Shown piece after piece: positions 9,306 through 20,709 of a stretch of DNA of 64,000 nt. The notes under the pieces were generated by a model. The model had not been told where the DNA came from. It made no database searches and saw only the letters and a list, made by a program, of their open reading frames with translations. Made by a program: the position numbers and the translations under genes. The first letter of the stretch is position 1. Every line of letters starts with the position of its first letter. Source of the stretch: Eubacteriales bacterium (GTDB taxonomy: Bacteria > Bacillota > Clostridia > Oscillospirales > CAG-272); assembly GCA_048526005.1 (NCBI GenBank), contig DBFVEH010000003.1:64257-128256 (forward strand). Direction: 5' to 3'.

Positions 9306-10088
9306 TTATAGCGTTCTCTGCTTTTGCGCGGCATGGAACAAAAGCACCGCGGCCGCAGCCGAAACATTCAGCGAATTCACCCTGCCGTACATCGGGATGG
9401 AAACGGTAAAATCACATTTCTCACGGACAAGCCGCGAGATTCCGGCTCCCTCGCTCCCGAGCACAACCGCGCAGGCGCAATCGAAATCGGCCTCGGTATA
9501 GCACATTCCGTCCGATTCCGCGGCAAAAACCCAAACGCCCGATTCTTTCAGCTCCTCGACCGCAGAGGCGATATTGGCCACCCGTGCGATCGGGACATGC
9601 GCCGCGGCGCCCGCGGACGACTTGAAAACCGTCTGTCCGATCACCGGACAATGCCTGCGCGATATGACGATGCCATGCGCGCCGGCGCCGTCCGCGCTAC
9701 GGATAATCGCGCCGAGATTATGCGGGTCCTCGATGCCGTCGCACACCACGATAAGCGGCTTCTCGCCCTTATCCCGCGCGGCGGAAACGATATCGGAAAT
9801 GGAAACAAAGCTCACCGCCGAAGCGACCGCAGCGACGCCCTGATGCGCATTGCCGAGCGCAAGCTCGTCAAGACGTTTTTTGTCCACCTCGGAAATCACG
9901 ATCGAGCGCTTCCTCGCTTCCGCAAAAATCTTGGTGATCGAGCCTTCTCTCTCTCCGCGCTGCACATACAGCTTTTCGATCTCCCTGCCGCTTTTCAAAA
10001 GCTCCATCACGGGGTTTCTTCCGACAACGACCGCGCCAAACTCCTCCGACGAGAACCTGTCCGTTCTATTTTGATTGTTCTCTCTCAT
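9306..10088 (-). CDS. rlmB: 23S rRNA (guanosine-2'-O)-methyltransferase RlmB (SpoU/TrmH family)
   Basis: 260 aa. N-terminal SpoU substrate-binding region (GRNPVMELLKSG), DGIEDPHNLGAIIRSA, and the C-terminal SLNVSAAAAVLLF knot motif. Confidence 0.85.
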   Translation of the reverse strand: MRENNQNRTDRFSSEEFGAVVVGRNPVMELLKSGREIEKLYVQRGEREGSITKIFAEARKRSIVISEVDKKRLDELALGNAHQGVAAVASAVSFVSISDIVSAARDKGEKPLIVVCDGIEDPHNLGAIIRSADGAGAHGIVISRRHCPVIGQTVFKSSAGAAAHVPIARVANIASAVEELKESGVWVFAAESDGMCYTEADFDCACAVVLGSEGAGISRLVREKCDFTVSIPMYGRVNSLNVSAAAAVLLFHAAQKQRTL

Positions 10089-10142
10089 TTTTCCTTATTT
10101 GACCGCCAATAAGCGGCGTCTCCCATATTTCCGGGTCTTTCC

Positions 10143-10700
10143 TTATCCCAAAGCAAAAAAGCGCAGCATTTCGACAAGGAAAAGCGCCGTGACAAGCTCG
10201 CCGTTCTCGGATTCCGAATAAGGGATCAGCCATTTTTCATTCTCTAACTTCATCGTAACCGTGATCTTTTTCTCCGTCATATAGCTGCCCGAAACCGTGC
10301 CGTCACTTAGCATCGTCCCGACAATTTCATAAGCAGACTCACCGGACACCGCTGTTTTTGCCTCCGCAAACGATTTAACAGCCGCCATGTCCGGTATCGT
10401 CAGCGCCACAAGAACCGTTTTCGTTCCGTTTTCCGCTTCGGATTCCTCTGAAATCGTATATTTAAGCTCAGAATACAGTGAAATAAGCACAGCACGCTTT
10501 TCGGAATCCAAGGAATCCGCATACTCCTTTATGCGGGCGGCCATAGCCGCTGAATCCGACGTCATCAGCTCTTCCATTTTGACGGTATCCATTTTTCTGA
10601 CCGCCAAAAGAAACGATTCGACCGGTGTGGTTCCACCCGAACAGCAGGGCAAAAGCACGAGCATCGAAAGCAAAAGAATCAGAGAAACCGCTTTTTTCAT
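10143..10700 (-). CDS. Hypothetical lipoprotein
   Basis: 185 aa, MKKAVSLILLLSMLVLLPCCSG signal/lipobox. No family recognised. Confidence 0.5.
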   Translation of the reverse strand: MKKAVSLILLLSMLVLLPCCSGGTTPVESFLLAVRKMDTVKMEELMTSDSAAMAARIKEYADSLDSEKRAVLISLYSELKYTISEESEAENGTKTVLVALTIPDMAAVKSFAEAKTAVSGESAYEIVGTMLSDGTVSGSYMTEKKITVTMKLENEKWLIPYSESENGELVTALFLVEMLRFFALG

Positions 10701-10875
10701 GAATCCCCACTCTTTCCATACGGCGGATGAAATTTTACGAAAATCCGCCTATTTTTGATATTATACCACATTATATTCCATTTGTACATATTTATTTTTG
10801 AGGAATTTCAAAAAATCATGAAAATTTAAGGAAGAAAATCCAAGTTTATCCTAAAAAACACCTCGATTTTTCGCA

Positions 10876-10911
10876 AACAAAAAATAAGGCGCTCCGCAGA
10901 GGAGCGCCTTT
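10876..10911 (-). terminator. Terminator of the pyr operon
   Basis: Minus strand: AAGGCGCTCC-tctgc-GGAGCGCCTT followed by ATTTTTTGTTT, 30 nt after the pyrB stop. Confidence 0.7.
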
Positions 10912-10940
10912 ATAATCAAATTTTTTTGCGTAAACCCGGT

Positions 10941-12029
10941 TTATTTCTTCTTATAAACCTTTTGGTCACAGTAAACACAGCGGTATATCTCATGCTCATG
11001 GTCTGCGCAGCGGAACAGCTGCGGCAGCTCCTGTTCCGTCGTCGTGATACAGCGCGGATTCTGACAGCAAAGCCCGTCGATGGTCGCGCCGTCATGAGGA
11101 AGCTTCGAGGGCGCGTCTTTTTCCGCAAGAAGCTTCAAAATCAGCGCCATACGAATATATCTGCCGTTCGCCGCCTGCTCGAAATAGCAGGCGCGCGGGT
11201 CGTCGTCCACCGCGACGGAAATCTCGTTCACACGCGGCAGCGGATGCAGGATACACAGATCGGATTTCGCATTCTGCAGCTTGTCCGGCGTCAGGATATA
11301 GCTGTCCTTGAGACGCAGATAATCGTCGTGAGAAGCAAAGCGCTCCTGCTGGATCCGCGTCATATAAAGGATATCCAGCTCCGGCATGACCGCTTCCATG
11401 TCCGCCGCTTCGACATATTCCGACTTGCCTTCTCCAAGGAACTCATATCTGACATAACCGGGCAGCTTCAATTCCTCCGGCGAAATCAGGATAAACCGGA
11501 TCCCCTCATAGCGCGACATCGCGGCAATCAGGGAATGGACGGTCCTTCCGAACTTCAAATCTCCGCAAAGACCGACGGTCAGGTGGTCGAGTCTTCCCTT
11601 TTTCCGCTTGACGGTAAAGAGATCGGTGAGCGTCTGCGTCGGATGGAAATGCCCGCCGTCGCCCGCGTTGATGATCGGCACGGTCGCACGGCCGGCGGCG
11701 ACAAGCGGCGCGCCCTCCTTCGGATGGCGCATTGCGATGATGTCGGCATAGGCGCTCACCATGCGCACGGTGTCGGCGACGCTCTCCCCTTTGGAAGCGG
11801 AGCTGCTTGTCGCCTCGGAAAAGCCGAGCACATTGCCGCCGAGACTCATCATCGCCGAGGTAAAGCTGAGCCGGGTTCTCGTGGACGGCTCAAAAAAGAG
11901 CGTGCCGAGAATTTTCCCCCTGCATTTGTCCGAATACGCCTCCGGATTTGCGATGATATCCTCCGCCACGGCGATCAGCTCGTCGATCTCCGCGGTCGAA
12001 AGCTCCAGAATATCGATTAAACTTCTCAT
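10941..12029 (-). CDS. pyrB: Aspartate carbamoyltransferase catalytic chain fused to a PyrI-type zinc domain
   Basis: STRTR, HPTQ and HPLPR motifs. 362 aa instead of about 305. The C-terminal CQNPRCIT...RCVYCD matches the Zn-binding domain of PyrI. Confidence 0.9.
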   Translation of the reverse strand: MRSLIDILELSTAEIDELIAVAEDIIANPEAYSDKCRGKILGTLFFEPSTRTRLSFTSAMMSLGGNVLGFSEATSSSASKGESVADTVRMVSAYADIIAMRHPKEGAPLVAAGRATVPIINAGDGGHFHPTQTLTDLFTVKRKKGRLDHLTVGLCGDLKFGRTVHSLIAAMSRYEGIRFILISPEELKLPGYVRYEFLGEGKSEYVEAADMEAVMPELDILYMTRIQQERFASHDDYLRLKDSYILTPDKLQNAKSDLCILHPLPRVNEISVAVDDDPRACYFEQAANGRYIRMALILKLLAEKDAPSKLPHDGATIDGLCCQNPRCITTTEQELPQLFRCADHEHEIYRCVYCDQKVYKKK

Positions 12030-12064
12030 TTTAATCCCCTGCCTTTTTCAATTTTCACTTCAAC

Positions 12065-12706
12065 TTAAGAATGAATCCAGCTTTCATCCTGCGGATTGTT
12101 TCGGAACGCGATAAGACGCGCGATATCCTCCGTTTTGATATAACCGCATTCGGCGGCGACCTCCGCGATCACATCGAAATTCGTGAGGCTCACGTTTTTG
12201 ACCTCCGCCGAGGCGAGCCGCTCCAGCCCCTTTTTCATCCCGTAGGTGAAAATGCTCACGATGCCGAGCACTTCTGCACCCGCCGCGCGCAGCACCTCGA
12301 CGACCTCCAGCACACTTCCTCCGGTGGAGATGAGGTCCTCGACGACGACAACCTTCTGTCCCGTTTCAAGCCTGCCCTCAATCTGATTCTGTCTGCCGTG
12401 ATCCTTCGCGCCGGAGCGGACATAGCCCATCGGAAGATTCATGAGATGCGCCGTGATCGCTGCGTGCGCGATTCCGGCCGTGGAAGTGCCCATCAGCACC
12501 TCGGCCTCGGGATAATGCTCGCGGATCAGCGCGGCGAGACCTTCCTCCACATCGCACCGCACCGCAGGCGCCGTCAGCGTCAGACGGTTGTCGCAGTACA
12601 CGGGGCTTTTGATGCCGCTCGCCCACGTAAAGGGCTTGTCGGGACGGAAAAACACCGCTTGGATATCAAGCAGGTCCTTTGCAATTTTTCTTTGAAGCTG
12701 TTCCAT
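12065..12706 (-). CDS. pyrE: Orotate phosphoribosyltransferase
   Basis: 213 aa, PRPP-binding motif VVVVEDLISTGGS. Confidence 0.9.
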   Translation of the reverse strand: MEQLQRKIAKDLLDIQAVFFRPDKPFTWASGIKSPVYCDNRLTLTAPAVRCDVEEGLAALIREHYPEAEVLMGTSTAGIAHAAITAHLMNLPMGYVRSGAKDHGRQNQIEGRLETGQKVVVVEDLISTGGSVLEVVEVLRAAGAEVLGIVSIFTYGMKKGLERLASAEVKNVSLTNFDVIAEVAAECGYIKTEDIARLIAFRNNPQDESWIHS

Positions 12707-12718
12707 ATCGACTCTCCT

Positions 12719-13417
12719 TTAATCTACAAATTCCGCGACGCATCTTCTGTACGCCGCGACAGGGTCCGTCGCCGCCGTAATCGGACGGCCGACGACGATA
12801 TAATCCGAGCCGAGCGCCTTTGCACCCTCCGGCGTCGTAATGCGAGCCTGATCGCCTGCGTCTCCGCCGGCGAAGCGCACGCCCGGCGTCACGGTAAGGA
12901 ACTTTTCCCCGCAGACGGCATGCACCTTGCCCGCTTCCAGCGGCGAGCAGACCACGCCGTCCAGCCCCGCCCGCTTTGCATTTTCCGCATAGTGCATGAC
13001 GACCTTATCGATCGGCTCCGCGATGAGCAGATCCTCCCGCATGCGCTCCTCACTCGTCGAAGTGAGCTGCGTCACGGCGATGAGGAGCGGGCGCGTCCCG
13101 TCAGGGCGCGTCAGCCCCTCGAGCGCCGCCTCCATCATGGCGACGGTCCCGCCCGCATGAAGATTGCACATATCGACGTCGAGGCGCGAGAGCACCGCCA
13201 TCGCTTTTTTCACCGTATTCGGAATGTCGTGGAGCTTCAAATCGAGGAAGATTTGATGCCCTCTCCTCTTGATTTCGCGGACAATCGACGGTCCCTCCGC
13301 GTAAAAAAGCTCCATGCCGATCTTCACATACGGCTTTTCCTCCCTGAATAAATCAAGAAACGCAAAGGTTTCCGCGGCGCCTGCGAAATCGCAGGCGATG
13401 ATGACGTCCTTTCCCAT
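12719..13417 (-). CDS. pyrF: Orotidine 5'-phosphate decarboxylase
   Basis: 232 aa, FLDLKLHDIPNT motif and C-terminal VVGRPIT. Confidence 0.9.
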   Translation of the reverse strand: MGKDVIIACDFAGAAETFAFLDLFREEKPYVKIGMELFYAEGPSIVREIKRRGHQIFLDLKLHDIPNTVKKAMAVLSRLDVDMCNLHAGGTVAMMEAALEGLTRPDGTRPLLIAVTQLTSTSEERMREDLLIAEPIDKVVMHYAENAKRAGLDGVVCSPLEAGKVHAVCGEKFLTVTPGVRFAGGDAGDQARITTPEGAKALGSDYIVVGRPITAATDPVAAYRRCVAEFVD

Positions 13418-14329
13418 TTAATGCGCACCTCCTATGATATCCGTTAAATTTTCGATTCCGTATTTCTCCATGATCTGAGGCAGGTCGGCTATGATATCGC
13501 GGCAGGCATAGGGATCCACGAGATTCGCGGCGCCCACCTCGACGGCAGCCGCACCCGCGAGCATCATTTCGATCACGTCCTGCGCTGAGGAAACGCCGCC
13601 CATGCCGACGATCGGAATTTTCACCGCCTCATAGACCTGATAGACCATGCGCACCGCCACCGGAAAGACGGCAGGTCCGGAAAAGCCGCCCGTCCCGTTG
13701 GCGAGCACCGGCTTCCGCTTTTTCAAATCGATCCGCATGCCGAGAAGCGTGTTGATAAGGCTGATGCCGTCCGCGCCCGCCGCCTCGCAGGCCTTCGCGA
13801 TGGAGACAATGTCCGTCACATTCGGCGAAAGCTTGATGATGAGCGGCTTTTTCACCGCGCGGCGCACCGCCGCCGTAATGCTTGCCGCGGCTTCGCAGGA
13901 CGTGCCAAAGCTCATACCGCCGCCGTGCACATTCGGGCAGGAGATGTTGACCTCGAGCCATCCGACCTGCGGCATCGCATCCAGCTTTTCGCAGACCTCG
14001 ACATACTCCGTCTCCGAAAAGCCGCTGACGTTCGCCATGACCGGCTTGTGAAAGCACCGCGCAAGGCGCGGCAGCTCCTCCGCGATGACCGCATCCACGC
14101 CCGGATTCTGAAGGCCCACCGCGTTGAGCATCCCTCTCTGACATTCCGCGATGCGCGGCGTGGGATTGCCGAAGCGCGGTTCCCTCGTCGTTCCCTTAAA
14201 GGAAAAGGTGCCGAGACAGTCGATGTCGTAAAGCTCGGCAAATTCATAGCCATAGCCGAACGTCCCGCTCGCGGGGATCACCGGATTGTCGAGCGGTATC
14301 CCGCAAAGGCTCACCCTTGTGCTCACCAT
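13418..14329 (-). CDS. pyrD: Dihydroorotate dehydrogenase B, catalytic subunit
   Basis: 303 aa with class 1B motifs (NPVIPASGTFGYG, EVNISCPN, GGVSSAQD). Overlaps the end of pyrK. Confidence 0.9.
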   Translation of the reverse strand: MVSTRVSLCGIPLDNPVIPASGTFGYGYEFAELYDIDCLGTFSFKGTTREPRFGNPTPRIAECQRGMLNAVGLQNPGVDAVIAEELPRLARCFHKPVMANVSGFSETEYVEVCEKLDAMPQVGWLEVNISCPNVHGGGMSFGTSCEAAASITAAVRRAVKKPLIIKLSPNVTDIVSIAKACEAAGADGISLINTLLGMRIDLKKRKPVLANGTGGFSGPAVFPVAVRMVYQVYEAVKIPIVGMGGVSSAQDVIEMMLAGAAAVEVGAANLVDPYACRDIIADLPQIMEKYGIENLTDIIGGAH

Positions 14330-15054
14330 ATGACCTCCCCCTTTTCCAGCACCGGACCGTCCCTGCAGATCCTCTTATTTCCGTATTTCGTCTTGCAGGA
14401 GCAGCCCATACAGGCGCCGAAGCCGCAGCCCATGCGCTCCTCGAAGCTGAGCTGCCCATCCGAAAGAGAGGCATCCGAGACGGCGCGCAGCATCGGAACC
14501 GGCCCGCAGGCGTAGAAGTACGAATACCGGATCCCCGCCATCGCATCGGTCACAAAGCCGCGGATCCCATAGCTTCCGTCGGCCGTCGCAACGCGCACCT
14601 CCGCGCCCAGCGCACGGAATTTTTCCTCATACAGCACGTCGGCCGCCGAAGCGAAGCCGAGAATCACCGTCGGCATTCTGCCGGCGGCGATAAGCCGCCT
14701 GCAAAGCCCGTACATCGGCGGCGTGCCGACGCCGCCGCCGACAAGCAGCGGCACCTCTCCGGATTTTGTCATATCGAAGCCGTTGCCGAGTCCCGCAAGG
14801 ATATCGAGCGTCGCCCCCGCCGGCATTTCCGCCATTTTCGCGGTGCCCTCGCCCACGACCTTATAAAGGATCGTGAGCGTCTGCGCATCCCAGTCGCAGA
14901 CCGAAATCGGACGGCGGAGAAAAAATCCGTCGAGCTTGATATTGATAAACTGTCCGGGCGTCGTAACGGCGGAAGTGTCGCCCGAGAGCGTCATTTCATA
15001 AACATCCCTCGCAATTTTGACATTGGAGCGGATTTCATAGAGTCCTTGTGTCAT
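14323..15054 (-). CDS. pyrK: Dihydroorotate dehydrogenase B, electron-transfer subunit
   Basis: 243 aa with an FNR-like fold (RRPISV) and a C-terminal 2Fe-2S Cys cluster CGFGACMGCSC...C. Confidence 0.9.
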   Translation of the reverse strand: MTQGLYEIRSNVKIARDVYEMTLSGDTSAVTTPGQFINIKLDGFFLRRPISVCDWDAQTLTILYKVVGEGTAKMAEMPAGATLDILAGLGNGFDMTKSGEVPLLVGGGVGTPPMYGLCRRLIAAGRMPTVILGFASAADVLYEEKFRALGAEVRVATADGSYGIRGFVTDAMAGIRYSYFYACGPVPMLRAVSDASLSDGQLSFEERMGCGFGACMGCSCKTKYGNKRICRDGPVLEKGEVIW

Positions 15055-15063
15055 TTTGCCGCC

Positions 15064-18000
15064 TCATGCGTCGATGATGGAGATGCCGAGCGTCGTCTCC
15101 TCGAGCACGTCGAGCAGCACCTTGACCGTGTCGAGCGCCGTGAACATCGTCACATTGTTTTCCACCGCGCATTGGCGGATTTCATATCCGTCGGAAAGCA
15201 CGCCGGAGGAATTCATATCGCGCGTATTGATGATATAGTTGACGTAGCCTTGGCGGATGGAATCGAGGATTTCCTCGCTGCCCTCGCTGAGCTTGCGCAC
15301 CGCATGGGTGCGCACACCGTGCGCTTTCAGAAATTTTGCCGTCCCCGCCGTCGCCTGAATGTTGAAGCCCATATTGTAGAAGCGGCGGATCAGCGGCAGC
15401 GCCTCCTCCTTGTCCTTGTCCGCAATCGTGCAGAACACCGTGCCGTAGTTCATGACGTTGGTGCCCGAAGCTTGCAGCGCCTTATAAAGCGCGCGCGTCA
15501 GGCTGTTGTCGTAGCCGATCGCCTCTCCGGTCGATTTCATCTCCGGACTGAGGTAGGCGTCAAGCCCGCGCAGTTTGGAAAAGGAGAAAGCCGGAGCCTT
15601 GACATACCAGCGCGTTTTCTCCGGGGGATAAATCGACGTGATGCCCTGCTCGCGCAAGCTTTTTCCGAGAATGACGCGCGTGCCGATATCGGCAAGGCTG
15701 TATCCCGTCGATTTCGAAATGAACGGCACCGTGCGGGACGAGCGCGGATTGACCTCGATGATAAAGACGTTTTCATCCTTATCGACGATAAACTGGATGT
15801 TATAAAGCCCGATGATGCCGATCCCGAGTCCGAGCTTTTTCGTGTAATCGAGAATGGTCTCTTTTACCTTACCGGAGATGCTGAACGACGGATAGACGCT
15901 GATGGAGTCGCCGCTGTGGATGCCCGTGCGCTCGACAAGCTCCATGATGCCGGGCACGAACACGTCCGTGCCGTCGCAGACCGCGTCGACCTCGACCTCC
16001 TTGCCCTGAATGTATTTGTCCACGAGGACCGGCTTGTCCTCGTCGATCTCGACCGCCGTTTTCAGGTAATGGCGCAGTCCCGCCTCGTCCGCGACGATCT
16101 GCATCGCCCGTCCGCCGAGCACGAACGACGGGCGAACCAGCACGGGATAGCCGATCTTCGCGGCGGCGGCGACGCCGTCCTCGATCTTCGTGACAGCCCG
16201 TCCCTCCGGCTGCGGGATATGGAGCGCCTCCAGCACCTTTTCAAAGGCGTCGCGGTTCTCCGCCTTTTCGATGGCGTCGCAGTCGGTGCCGATGATCGTG
16301 ACGCCGCGCTCGCGCAGCGGCTCCGCAAGGTTGATGGCGGTCTGACCGCCGAGCGAGGCGATGACGCCCTCCGGATTTTCAAGGCGAATGATGTTCATCA
16401 CATCCTCGACGCAGAGCGGCTCAAAATAGAGCTTGTCCGAGGTCGTATAGTCCGTCGAGACCGTCTCCGGATTGTTGTTGATGATGATCGCCTCATAGCC
16501 GGACGCCTTGATGGTTTTCACCGCATGAACGGTGGAATAGTCGAATTCCACGCCCTGCCCGATGCGAATGGGACCGGAACCGAGCACGATAATCTTCTTT
16601 TTATCGGAAACGACGGATTCGTTTTCATCCTCATACGTAGAATAAAAATATGGGATATAGCTTTCAAATTCCGATGCGCAGGTGTCGATCATCTTGTAGA
16701 TCGGAAAGATCCCCTCGCGCTCCCGCATATGATAGACGTCGAGCTCCCGGCATCCCCAGAGCTTCGCAATAAATTGATCGGAAAAGCCCATTCTTTTCGC
16801 TTCGCGCAGAAGCCCGACGTCCTGCGGTGCTCCCGAAAGCTCGTTTTCCATCGACACGATGTTTCTCACCTTTTCGAGGAACAGCATGTCGATTTTTGTC
16901 GCATAGCAGATAAGTCCGATATCGACGCCGCGGCGGATCAGCTCCGCAATCGCGCAGATGCGGTCGTCCGTTCCGATTTTGATATATTCCATCAGTTCGT
17001 CCGTTGTCTGCGTGTCGAATTTGCTCATATAAAGGTGACAAATGCCGATTTCCAGCGAACGCACCGCTTTGAGCAGGCTTTCCTCGATCGTGCGTCCGAT
17101 GCTCATGACCTCGCCCGTCGCCTTCATCTGCGTGGAAAGTTTGTTGTTCGCCGCCGCGAATTTGTCGAACGGGAAGCGCGGCATCTTCGTCACCACATAA
17201 TCAAGCGTCGGCTCAAAGGAAGCGGGCGTATTGGCGATGGCGATCTCGTCGAGCGTCATGCCGACCGCAATCTTCGCGGAAACACGCGCAATCGGATATC
17301 CGCTCGCCTTGGAGGCGAGCGCGGAGGAACGCGACACGCGCGGATTGACCTCGATGAGATAATACTGGAAGGAATGAGGGTCGAGTGCGAACTGCACGTT
17401 GCAGCCGCCCTCGATTTTCAGCGCGCGGATGATTTTCAGCGCGCTGTCACGCAGCATGTGATATTCCTTGTTGGTCAGCGTCTGGCTCGGACACACGACG
17501 ATGGAATCGCCCGTATGGATGCCGACGGGATCGACGTTTTCCATATTACAAATGGTGATCGCTGTGTCGTTGGAATCGCGCATGACCTCGTATTCGATCT
17601 CCTTATAGCCCTTGATGCTCTTCTCCACCAGCACCTCGTGTACGGGAGATAGCTTCAAAGCATTTTTGAGCAGCTCCCGGCATTCTGCCTCGTCGTCGGC
17701 AAAGCCGCCGCCCGTGCCGCCGAGCGTAAACGCGGGACGCAGCACGACCGGATATCCGATCTCCGCTGCTGCGGCAAGTCCTTCCTCTATGGTATGCGCG
17801 ATGAGGGACGGCAGCACCGGCTCGCCAAGCTCCTCGCAGAGCTCCTTGAATTTCTCTCTATCCTCGGCGCGCTCGATGCTCTCGCTGCTCGTGCCGAGCA
17901 GCTTGACCTGACATTCGCGCAGCACGCCCTTTTTCTCAAGCTGCATGGCGAGATTGAGCCCCGTCTGTCCGCCGATGCCGGGCACGATCGCATCCGGACG

Positions 18001-18243
18001 CTCATACCGAAGGATCTTGGCGATATACTCGAGCGTCAGCGGCTCCATATAGATTTTATCCGCAATGGAGGTATCCGTCATGATCGTCGCCGGATTGGAG
18101 TTGCAGAGCACGACCTCATAGCCCTCCTCTTTCAGCGCAAGACATGCCTGTGTGCCGGCGTAATCGAATTCCGCCGCCTGTCCGATGACGATCGGGCCGG
18201 AGCCGATCACCAGTATTTTCTTCAAATCTTTTCTTTTCGGCAT
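15064..18243 (-). CDS. carB: Carbamoyl-phosphate synthase large subunit
   Basis: 1059 aa with duplicated ATP-grasp halves ([20 protein letters not shown] / [15 protein letters not shown]) and an MGS-like C-terminus. Confidence 0.97.
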   Translation of the reverse strand: MPKRKDLKKILVIGSGPIVIGQAAEFDYAGTQACLALKEEGYEVVLCNSNPATIMTDTSIADKIYMEPLTLEYIAKILRYERPDAIVPGIGGQTGLNLAMQLEKKGVLRECQVKLLGTSSESIERAEDREKFKELCEELGEPVLPSLIAHTIEEGLAAAAEIGYPVVLRPAFTLGGTGGGFADDEAECRELLKNALKLSPVHEVLVEKSIKGYKEIEYEVMRDSNDTAITICNMENVDPVGIHTGDSIVVCPSQTLTNKEYHMLRDSALKIIRALKIEGGCNVQFALDPHSFQYYLIEVNPRVSRSSALASKASGYPIARVSAKIAVGMTLDEIAIANTPASFEPTLDYVVTKMPRFPFDKFAAANNKLSTQMKATGEVMSIGRTIEESLLKAVRSLEIGICHLYMSKFDTQTTDELMEYIKIGTDDRICAIAELIRRGVDIGLICYATKIDMLFLEKVRNIVSMENELSGAPQDVGLLREAKRMGFSDQFIAKLWGCRELDVYHMREREGIFPIYKMIDTCASEFESYIPYFYSTYEDENESVVSDKKKIIVLGSGPIRIGQGVEFDYSTVHAVKTIKASGYEAIIINNNPETVSTDYTTSDKLYFEPLCVEDVMNIIRLENPEGVIASLGGQTAINLAEPLRERGVTIIGTDCDAIEKAENRDAFEKVLEALHIPQPEGRAVTKIEDGVAAAAKIGYPVLVRPSFVLGGRAMQIVADEAGLRHYLKTAVEIDEDKPVLVDKYIQGKEVEVDAVCDGTDVFVPGIMELVERTGIHSGDSISVYPSFSISGKVKETILDYTKKLGLGIGIIGLYNIQFIVDKDENVFIIEVNPRSSRTVPFISKSTGYSLADIGTRVILGKSLREQGITSIYPPEKTRWYVKAPAFSFSKLRGLDAYLSPEMKSTGEAIGYDNSLTRALYKALQASGTNVMNYGTVFCTIADKDKEEALPLIRRFYNMGFNIQATAGTAKFLKAHGVRTHAVRKLSEGSEEILDSIRQGYVNYIINTRDMNSSGVLSDGYEIRQCAVENNVTMFTALDTVKVLLDVLEETTLGISIIDA

Positions 18244-18244
18244 G

Positions 18245-19333
18245 TCAGTTGCCCTCCTTCATAAGCGCAATAAATTCGTCGAACAGATAGGCGCTGTCCT
18301 GCGGACCGGGCGCGCTCTCCGGATGGTACTGCACCGAGAAAACCCGGTCGCGCACGCACCGCACGCCCTCCACGGTATCGTCGAGCAGATTGACATGCGT
18401 GACCTCGAGCCCCGTGCCCGCAATGCTCGCCTTGTCCGCCGCATAGCTGTGGTTTTGAGAGGTGATCTCGATTTTCCCCGTCAGAAGATTTTTCACGGGA
18501 TGATTACCGCCGCGGTGTCCGAACTTTAACTTATACGTCTTTGCGCCATAGGCAAGACTGATCATCTGATGACCGAGACAGATGCCGAAAATCGGATATT
18601 TCCCGCGCAGAGCGCGAATGAGCTCGATCACCGGCGTCACATCCTCCGGATCGCCCGGACCGTTGGAAAGGAAGATACCGTCCGGCTTCATGCTCTCCAC
18701 CTCGGCGGGCGCGGTGTTCCACGGCACGACCGTCACATTACAGCCTCTCGCATTGAGAGAACGTATGATATTGAGCTTGATGCCGCAATCGACGGCGACG
18801 ACGTTGTATTTTGCGTTCGCCGTGCGGGAATACCAGCGCTTGCGGCAGCTTACACGGGAAACGGCGTCGTGCGGCACCGGCGTCCCTGCGATGATGCGCA
18901 GCGCCTCCTCCTTCGGCGTGTCCGGCGAGGTAATGATCACGCGGCGGGAGCCGAGGTCGCGGATGCTGCGTGTCAGACGGCGCGTATCGATGCCGGCAAT
19001 CCCCGGGATATGATATTCCTCCATCGTTTCCGACAATGTTTTCGTATACCGGAAATTCGAGGGCAGATCGTTGTATTCCCTCACGATAAGACCGCCGATC
19101 GTCGGACTTTTCGTCTCGTAGTCCTCATCCGTGATGCCGTAGTTGCCGATGAGCGGATAAGTCATGACGACCATCTGATCGGTGTAGGAGGGATCCGAAA
19201 CGATCTCCTGATAGCCTACCATAGAGGTGTTGAATACGATCTCACATACGCGGTCGGTATCCGCCCCGAAGCCGTAACCGTAATATTCGCTGCCGTCCTC
19301 AAGGACGATTTTTCTCATGATCTGCTTTGCCAT
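18245..19333 (-). CDS. carA: Carbamoyl-phosphate synthase small (glutaminase) subunit
   Basis: ATG at 19333 lies 8 nt after GGAGGA ([14 protein letters not shown]). GICLGHQ nucleophile elbow and HPE catalytic-triad motif. Overlaps the pyrC stop. Confidence 0.9.
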   Translation of the reverse strand: MAKQIMRKIVLEDGSEYYGYGFGADTDRVCEIVFNTSMVGYQEIVSDPSYTDQMVVMTYPLIGNYGITDEDYETKSPTIGGLIVREYNDLPSNFRYTKTLSETMEEYHIPGIAGIDTRRLTRSIRDLGSRRVIITSPDTPKEEALRIIAGTPVPHDAVSRVSCRKRWYSRTANAKYNVVAVDCGIKLNIIRSLNARGCNVTVVPWNTAPAEVESMKPDGIFLSNGPGDPEDVTPVIELIRALRGKYPIFGICLGHQMISLAYGAKTYKLKFGHRGGNHPVKNLLTGKIEITSQNHSYAADKASIAGTGLEVTHVNLLDDTVEGVRCVRDRVFSVQYHPESAPGPQDSAYLFDEFIALMKEGN

Positions 19334-20559
19334 ACCGTTTTTCCTCCGTATACTGTCGCAAGACATTTTCCGAAAACCCGTTTTCCCGCAAAAGGCGTGC
19401 TCCGCCCGCGGGACAAAAACGCATCGGGGTCGATCTCATATTCATGTTCGATATCCCAAATGCAGAAGCCGGGGTCGGACGGGATGCGGAACCGCTTCCG
19501 CGGATTTATCGACATCAGCTCGACCAGCCTTTCCAGCGTCAGGATTTCCTTTTTCACAAGGCTTGTATATAGAACGGGAAACGCGGTTTCCAGTCCCACG
19601 ATGCCCATTGCGCTTTTTTCAAGTCCGCGCGACTTCTCCTCCGCGCTGTGCGGCGCATGATCCGTCGCGATCATATCGATCGTCCCGTCCGCGATTCCCG
19701 CAAGCAGCGCCTCGTGGTCGCGGGCGGCGCGCAGCGGCGGATTCATCTTGAAGCGTCCGTCCTCTTCGAGAGCATTTTCGTCCAACACAAGGTAGTGCGG
19801 CGCGGTCTCGCAGGTGACGTCCACGCCGCGCGCTTTGGCGGCGCGGATGAGCGCCACGCTTTCCGCGGTCGAGATATGGCAGACATGATAGGCGCAGCCC
19901 GTTTTTTCCGCCAAGTCAAGGTCGCGTTCGATCTGCCGCCATTCACTCTCGGACGAAATCCCGCGGTGTCCGTGCGTCCTCGCGTATACGCCGTCATGAA
20001 TATAGCCGCCGAAAAGGAGCGAATTGTCCTCGCAATGGGCGGCGATGATTTTCCCAAGCGACTTCGCCTTTTTCATTGCCGCTTCCATCATATCGTCGCT
20101 TTGGACGCCGCGGCCGTCGTCGGAAAAGGCGACCACCGACCCTGCAAGCGCCTCCATATCGGAAAGCGCCTTTCCCTGTTCTTCTTTTGTGATCGTCCCG
20201 TAAGGATACACGGGGATCCTTGCGCGGCAGGCAATCGCGTCCGTCTGAACCTTCAAATTTTCCGCAGAGTCCGGCGCGGGAGAGAGATTCGGCATCGTAC
20301 AGACCGCCGTATAGCCGCCATGCGCCGCCGACGCCGTACCGCTTGCAATGTCCTCTTTATAAGAAAAGCCCGGCTCTCGGAAATGCACATGCACATCGCA
20401 AAAGCCGGGTAAAATCAACGCATGATCGAAATACGAAACGGCATCCCCCGTCAAATCCTCACCGGAAAAAGAGGAAAGAGAGGCACCGTCGAAAAGAAGT
20501 TCTTTTTTCCGAATCACGCCGTCCTCATATACCGCCGCATTTTTCAAAACCGTAATCAT
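19315..20559 (-). CDS. pyrC: Dihydroorotase
   Basis: ATG at 20559 (MITVLKNAAVYEDG). DVHVHFREPG metal motif and ATDHAPH. Confidence 0.9.
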   Translation of the reverse strand: MITVLKNAAVYEDGVIRKKELLFDGASLSSFSGEDLTGDAVSYFDHALILPGFCDVHVHFREPGFSYKEDIASGTASAAHGGYTAVCTMPNLSPAPDSAENLKVQTDAIACRARIPVYPYGTITKEEQGKALSDMEALAGSVVAFSDDGRGVQSDDMMEAAMKKAKSLGKIIAAHCEDNSLLFGGYIHDGVYARTHGHRGISSESEWRQIERDLDLAEKTGCAYHVCHISTAESVALIRAAKARGVDVTCETAPHYLVLDENALEEDGRFKMNPPLRAARDHEALLAGIADGTIDMIATDHAPHSAEEKSRGLEKSAMGIVGLETAFPVLYTSLVKKEILTLERLVELMSINPRKRFRIPSDPGFCIWDIEHEYEIDPDAFLSRGRSTPFAGKRVFGKCLATVYGGKTVWQSRS

Positions 20560-20587
20560 AAAACGCAACCTTTCTGTTCCGGATAAT

Positions 20588-20676
20588 AAAAAAGCTTGTC
20601 CCTCCGACAAGCTTTGCGCGGCAAAAAATCACCCCGAGGTCGGGGAAAAGTCTCCGTTATGCAAAATCTTGTCGGC
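20588..20676 (-). promoter_or_regulatory. pyr operon leader with two terminator-like hairpins and a competing upstream segment (attenuator candidate)
   Basis: Minus-strand RNA: CCCCG-acct-CGGGG followed by TGATTTTTT (20645-20623), then AAAGCTTGTC-ggagg-GACAAGCTTT followed by TTTATT (20615-20588). Upstream GCCGACAAG (20676-20668) can pair with CTTGTCGG of the second hairpin. Confidence 0.4.
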
Positions 20677-20709
20677 AGCTCCGTACCCACTTAAAGATTT
20701 ATTGCATCT

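Noticed and set aside
14317-17652. 1111-aa ORF on the plus strand, plus similar long ORFs at 10926-12020, 12071-13351, 18569-19660, 20988-22259, 30689-32044, 33579-34910, 36112-37524, 38078-39742, 44377-45339 and 51971-52837
   Set aside because: All lie antisense to genes with unmistakable family motifs (carB, pyrB, pyrE/F, carA, ABC transporters, M23 and others). They are Arg/His/Asp-rich with no RBS. This is the usual shadow-ORF artefact of GC-rich DNA.
20588-20700. PyrR binding loop in the pyr leader
   Set aside because: I looked for the ARUCCAGAGAGGYU-type motif on the minus strand and did not find it. The leader is reported only as a generic attenuator candidate.
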